The translations under genes were made by a program, and so were the position numbers. Source: Candidatus Hodarchaeota archaeon (GTDB lineage: Archaea; Asgardarchaeota; Lokiarchaeia; Sigyniarchaeales; SOKP01). From it: a DNA stretch of 64,000 nucleotides. Within the stretch, counting starts at the first letter, position 1. Each line of letters begins with the position of its first letter. Below, piece after piece: positions 61,055 through 64,000 of this stretch. Below the pieces are notes generated by a model. That model ran no database searches. It saw only the letters and a list, made by a program, of their open reading frames with translations, and was not told the origin of the DNA. The stretch is taken from positions 128,001 through 192,000 of the forward strand of contig JBHLJY010000003.1 of the NCBI GenBank assembly GCA_048887225.1, written 5' to 3'.

Positions 61055-62602
61055 TTAAAAAATTTGATTTAAGCTCTCTATAGCCTTATTTACGTCAGTT
61101 GCCAAGTATGAATGTTTAAAGAAGGATGCAAAAAACGCACGATCTTCTGGATTGAAGTATTTGTAACCAAATTTTTTCCATACCATATTGGGCTGCATAG
61201 GTGCTAAAAGGGAAACAGATTGATTTTCCAATAAATTCCTAAAGTATAAATTAATTTCTTCATTTGTACTATTCTTAATAGTTGTTATTAAAAGATCATT
61301 GGTAAATAAATTCCAAGAATCGTTAAATTGAAGGCAGAACTTCTTTATATCAATCTTCTTTTCAATAATTAAATTAGATAAAGCTCTTATAGCTATTTCA
61401 TAAGCACTTTTTTTATTTTGTTGAAAATCTGGATTAGAAATCATTATACATGGTAAATTTTTAGCATCTTTCTTTATTTGGGGTTGATTATATTCAGGCA
61501 AAAGTCGAATTAGGTTTAGTCCTAGTATGTTCCTTGTATCTTGAATGGTCCCTCCAGTTTCGAAAAACCGTTTATTAATTATATAGATTAATAATTTTTG
61601 AGCATGAATATCCCCAAAATAAGGATAATCCGTACCAAAAAGAAGATATTCGCTCCATTTACGGTTATCTACTGACTCTTTTTTATTCGAAATAAACCAT
61701 TCTCGAAAATCCTCTAAAAAATTTGCTGCGCCTTCCCCATGCAACATAGATAAATCGCCATAAGTATTGGGTTGAACGATGGTATCATAAACTTCGTGAT
61801 CACCAATATTTCCCTGAGCGAAATGTGCTATTATAACTTTAAAATGTTGTAATAATTTAGGGTGGTTTATTTCTAATACGGTTCTCGCTGATTTAATCAA
61901 TTCGCCAATTTCCATAATTGTCTTTTTTCCTCGTGTGTCCAAAATTATTGGCATTGAATATTTGGCAGCTTCTACTAAGATTTGGACTGCTTTATCTGAA
62001 CTAACATTATCAATCCATCCTTCGCTCCTAGGGTGTAATTTAAGCCCGCGCAACCCTAATACTTCCCTAGCGTATTTTACTTCATTAACAGCTTTTTCTC
62101 CTTCCATAGGATCACAACGGCCATAGCCGATTAATTTCATTGAGAACGGAAAGTGAGTTGTAAAGCGGGATATATTAATATTGCTTGCGCGATATAAAGC
62201 TTCAGGAAATTTATCTCGAAATTTATCTTGAAAGGGAAAAACGACACCTTGATCGATGAATGTATAAAACTTAGATTTTTCTTTTAAATCTGAATATAAT
62301 CTGCCCAGTTTCTCTAAGACGCCATATAAATTGTCAGTGAACGGATAAGGTGTAAAAGACCATGAAATCTTGGTGGATTTATTGTTTAGCGTTGTAGTAA
62401 ACGAGATTTCATTATTTTTTTTTAATTCTGCAAATAGTTTTCCTTGTACATTTCCCCAAAAATCGAAAGTCCCTGTACCTGGAGCCAATGGATTCATCAT
62501 ATTGGCATCGTCTACATCGTGGCCTAAATGTGAATGACAATCAATTACAAAGATATTTTCCACTCTTGTCCGTCCATTTTGTTCTATAGTCGCAGTTAAC
62601 AT
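61055..62602 (-). CDS. Amidohydrolase_2 family metallohydrolase with C-terminal extension
   Basis: IDCHSH, GLKLHP, IIAH, FGTDYP. Confidence 0.8.
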   Translation of the reverse strand: MLTATIEQNGRTRVENIFVIDCHSHLGHDVDDANMMNPLAPGTGTFDFWGNVQGKLFAELKKNNEISFTTTLNNKSTKISWSFTPYPFTDNLYGVLEKLGRLYSDLKEKSKFYTFIDQGVVFPFQDKFRDKFPEALYRASNINISRFTTHFPFSMKLIGYGRCDPMEGEKAVNEVKYAREVLGLRGLKLHPRSEGWIDNVSSDKAVQILVEAAKYSMPIILDTRGKKTIMEIGELIKSARTVLEINHPKLLQHFKVIIAHFAQGNIGDHEVYDTIVQPNTYGDLSMLHGEGAANFLEDFREWFISNKKESVDNRKWSEYLLFGTDYPYFGDIHAQKLLIYIINKRFFETGGTIQDTRNILGLNLIRLLPEYNQPQIKKDAKNLPCIMISNPDFQQNKKSAYEIAIRALSNLIIEKKIDIKKFCLQFNDSWNLFTNDLLITTIKNSTNEEINLYFRNLLENQSVSLLAPMQPNMVWKKFGYKYFNPEDRAFFASFFKHSYLATDVNKAIESLNQIF

Positions 62603-62629
62603 TTTTACTATACTCTATTATAAATAATT

Positions 62630-64000
62630 CTACTCCCTCATCTCTTTAGGAAGAGTTAAAACTCCCGTAAGAGGATTATTTAAAGGATCTTTACAATATT
62701 CAATTGTGAAATAAATTAAGTCATATAAGATACTTGGATCTTCTCCTTGTTTTAATTTGTAGTCATATAAAGACAATTGATATTCGGCTTCTGTAATAGG
62801 GGGTTTTGCGTAGGAGACGTCACCAAAAACAGATTGCAATAGTGGTTTTAAATAAGGGGAATAGAGAAATCCTAACTCTTTTAGTGCATCTTTTAAATAG
62901 AAAAACATCCTTTGAACTGCCTGCGTCATATAACGTACAGGTTGGTCTTTAGGACCTAAATATTGCTCGGCAAAATCAGGATCATAACGAGCAAGAAATT
63001 CTCGCGTAAGAGTCGGGGCGGGTCTAAAAATAGAAATTAATCCTCTTTCTATTGCTCCTTCTCTATTAGTTGCAATTGTTTCACTTCCAGCATCGGGAAC
63101 CCAAGTACCACTGTCGAGAAGTTTTCTTGCTTTATAACACATCGCTTGAATTAATAATGCAATTCCTATTCGGCGACATATTGAAATTTGAGCATCACTT
63201 ATACGAACCTCAATGGTACCCCAATCTGTAAAGGGAAAGATGTCTTGGAAGCGTCCATCTTCCAAACTAGCTTTCTGGACAATTTGGAGGAAATAATTTT
63301 GAGCATTTTGGTCTGTTGATGTTAAATAAGGAATATAATGGTTTGGGTCGTTGTTACTTAGCATCGAGGTATTATGCTTTAATCTTAATGAGCGCACACA
63401 ATTTGGTGCTGTAATTCTATTATCTATTATTTTTATTACATCAGTAGGTTGATTATTCATTATAGGAGAATTACATGTGAGAGCAATTAAGTGAGGGATA
63501 AAATTTCTTATCATACAATAAGCTTGTACTTTTTCGAGTTCAGATTTAAAAGTCCCCAGATGATTATGGTCAGCTTGTGAAAGACCTCGTTGATATTCCT
63601 TTGCTGCTGGATTTATTGCCGAAGCAATAATATGCAAATCTTTGGGGAGTGTATTTTTTGCTAATAAAAATAATGTAGAAGCCCAATATGCAAGTTCTTC
63701 GACAAATTCACAAGGTGGAGTAACTAATTCCAAGATATAAGTGATTGCCGTAACATTTCCATCGCGCGCAAAAGAATCTATATCCACGTAAGATCCATCA
63801 GGCAGTTGATATCTTAATTTCATTGCAAAACCTTTTTCAATATCCTCTACGCCCCAAGGGTGTGCCAAAACCTTTTGACGTACATATTCAGGAACAGGTA
63901 AAAAATCGGCCCTCCTATTGTATAAAATTTGATCCATAATTTTAATGGCCTCCTTCACAATTTCTCGCATTCTAAACACCATTTCATCACCATCAGGATA
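62630..64000 (-). CDS. Glutamate-cysteine ligase family 2 (GCS2/YbdK-like carboxylate-amine ligase), probably 5'-truncated
   Basis: LELVTPPC, H.H.G, IALTCNSP, S.R, GTIEVR..DAQ; frame is open to the window end. Confidence 0.75.
   Translation of the reverse strand, partial: YPDGDEMVFRMREIVKEAIKIMDQILYNRRADFLPVPEYVRQKVLAHPWGVEDIEKGFAMKLRYQLPDGSYVDIDSFARDGNVTAITYILELVTPPCEFVEELAYWASTLFLLAKNTLPKDLHIIASAINPAAKEYQRGLSQADHNHLGTFKSELEKVQAYCMIRNFIPHLIALTCNSPIMNNQPTDVIKIIDNRITAPNCVRSLRLKHNTSMLSNNDPNHYIPYLTSTDQNAQNYFLQIVQKASLEDGRFQDIFPFTDWGTIEVRISDAQISICRRIGIALLIQAMCYKARKLLDSGTWVPDAGSETIATNREGAIERGLISIFRPAPTLTREFLARYDPDFAEQYLGPKDQPVRYMTQAVQRMFFYLKDALKELGFLYSPYLKPLLQSVFGDVSYAKPPITEAEYQLSLYDYKLKQGEDPSILYDLIYFTIEYCKDPLNNPLTGVLTLPKEMRE

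Overview
AT-rich chromosomal window from what is most likely an Asgard archaeon (Lokiarchaeia-like). The assignment rests on an actin-related protein, a gelsolin-domain protein, four roadblock/LC7 domains, MglA-like and Rab-like small GTPases, and archaeal tRNAs with BHB introns. Housekeeping and metabolic genes include hisA, gyrB-gyrA, folP with a cofE-like gene, nnr, thiolase, acyl-CoA enzymes, two DNA methyltransferases and three tRNAs. No CRISPR array, rRNA or transposase was seen. Main highlights: (1) A co-oriented minus-strand cluster at about 41.8-51.4 kb encodes gelsolin, roadblock, a proline-rich Cdc48N-vWA protein, a coiled-coil protein, a divergent ARP and an alpha-solenoid protein with a catalytically dead CHAT/caspase domain; it is a candidate undescribed actin-associated system. 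(2) gatA-gatB is tandemly duplicated, and the second GatA has lost its glutaminase triad. (3) A 790-aa protein joins Zn fingers, DDRGK1/UFL1-like winged-helix repeats and an adaptin/BBSome-like appendage. (4) Four tandem paralogues of an unrecognised polytopic membrane family. (5) A tRNA-Met with two non-canonical introns, and two tRNA genes with C at near-invariant U positions. (6) Several genes apparently initiating at ATT/ATA codons. All family calls come from reading motifs by eye; no searches were run.
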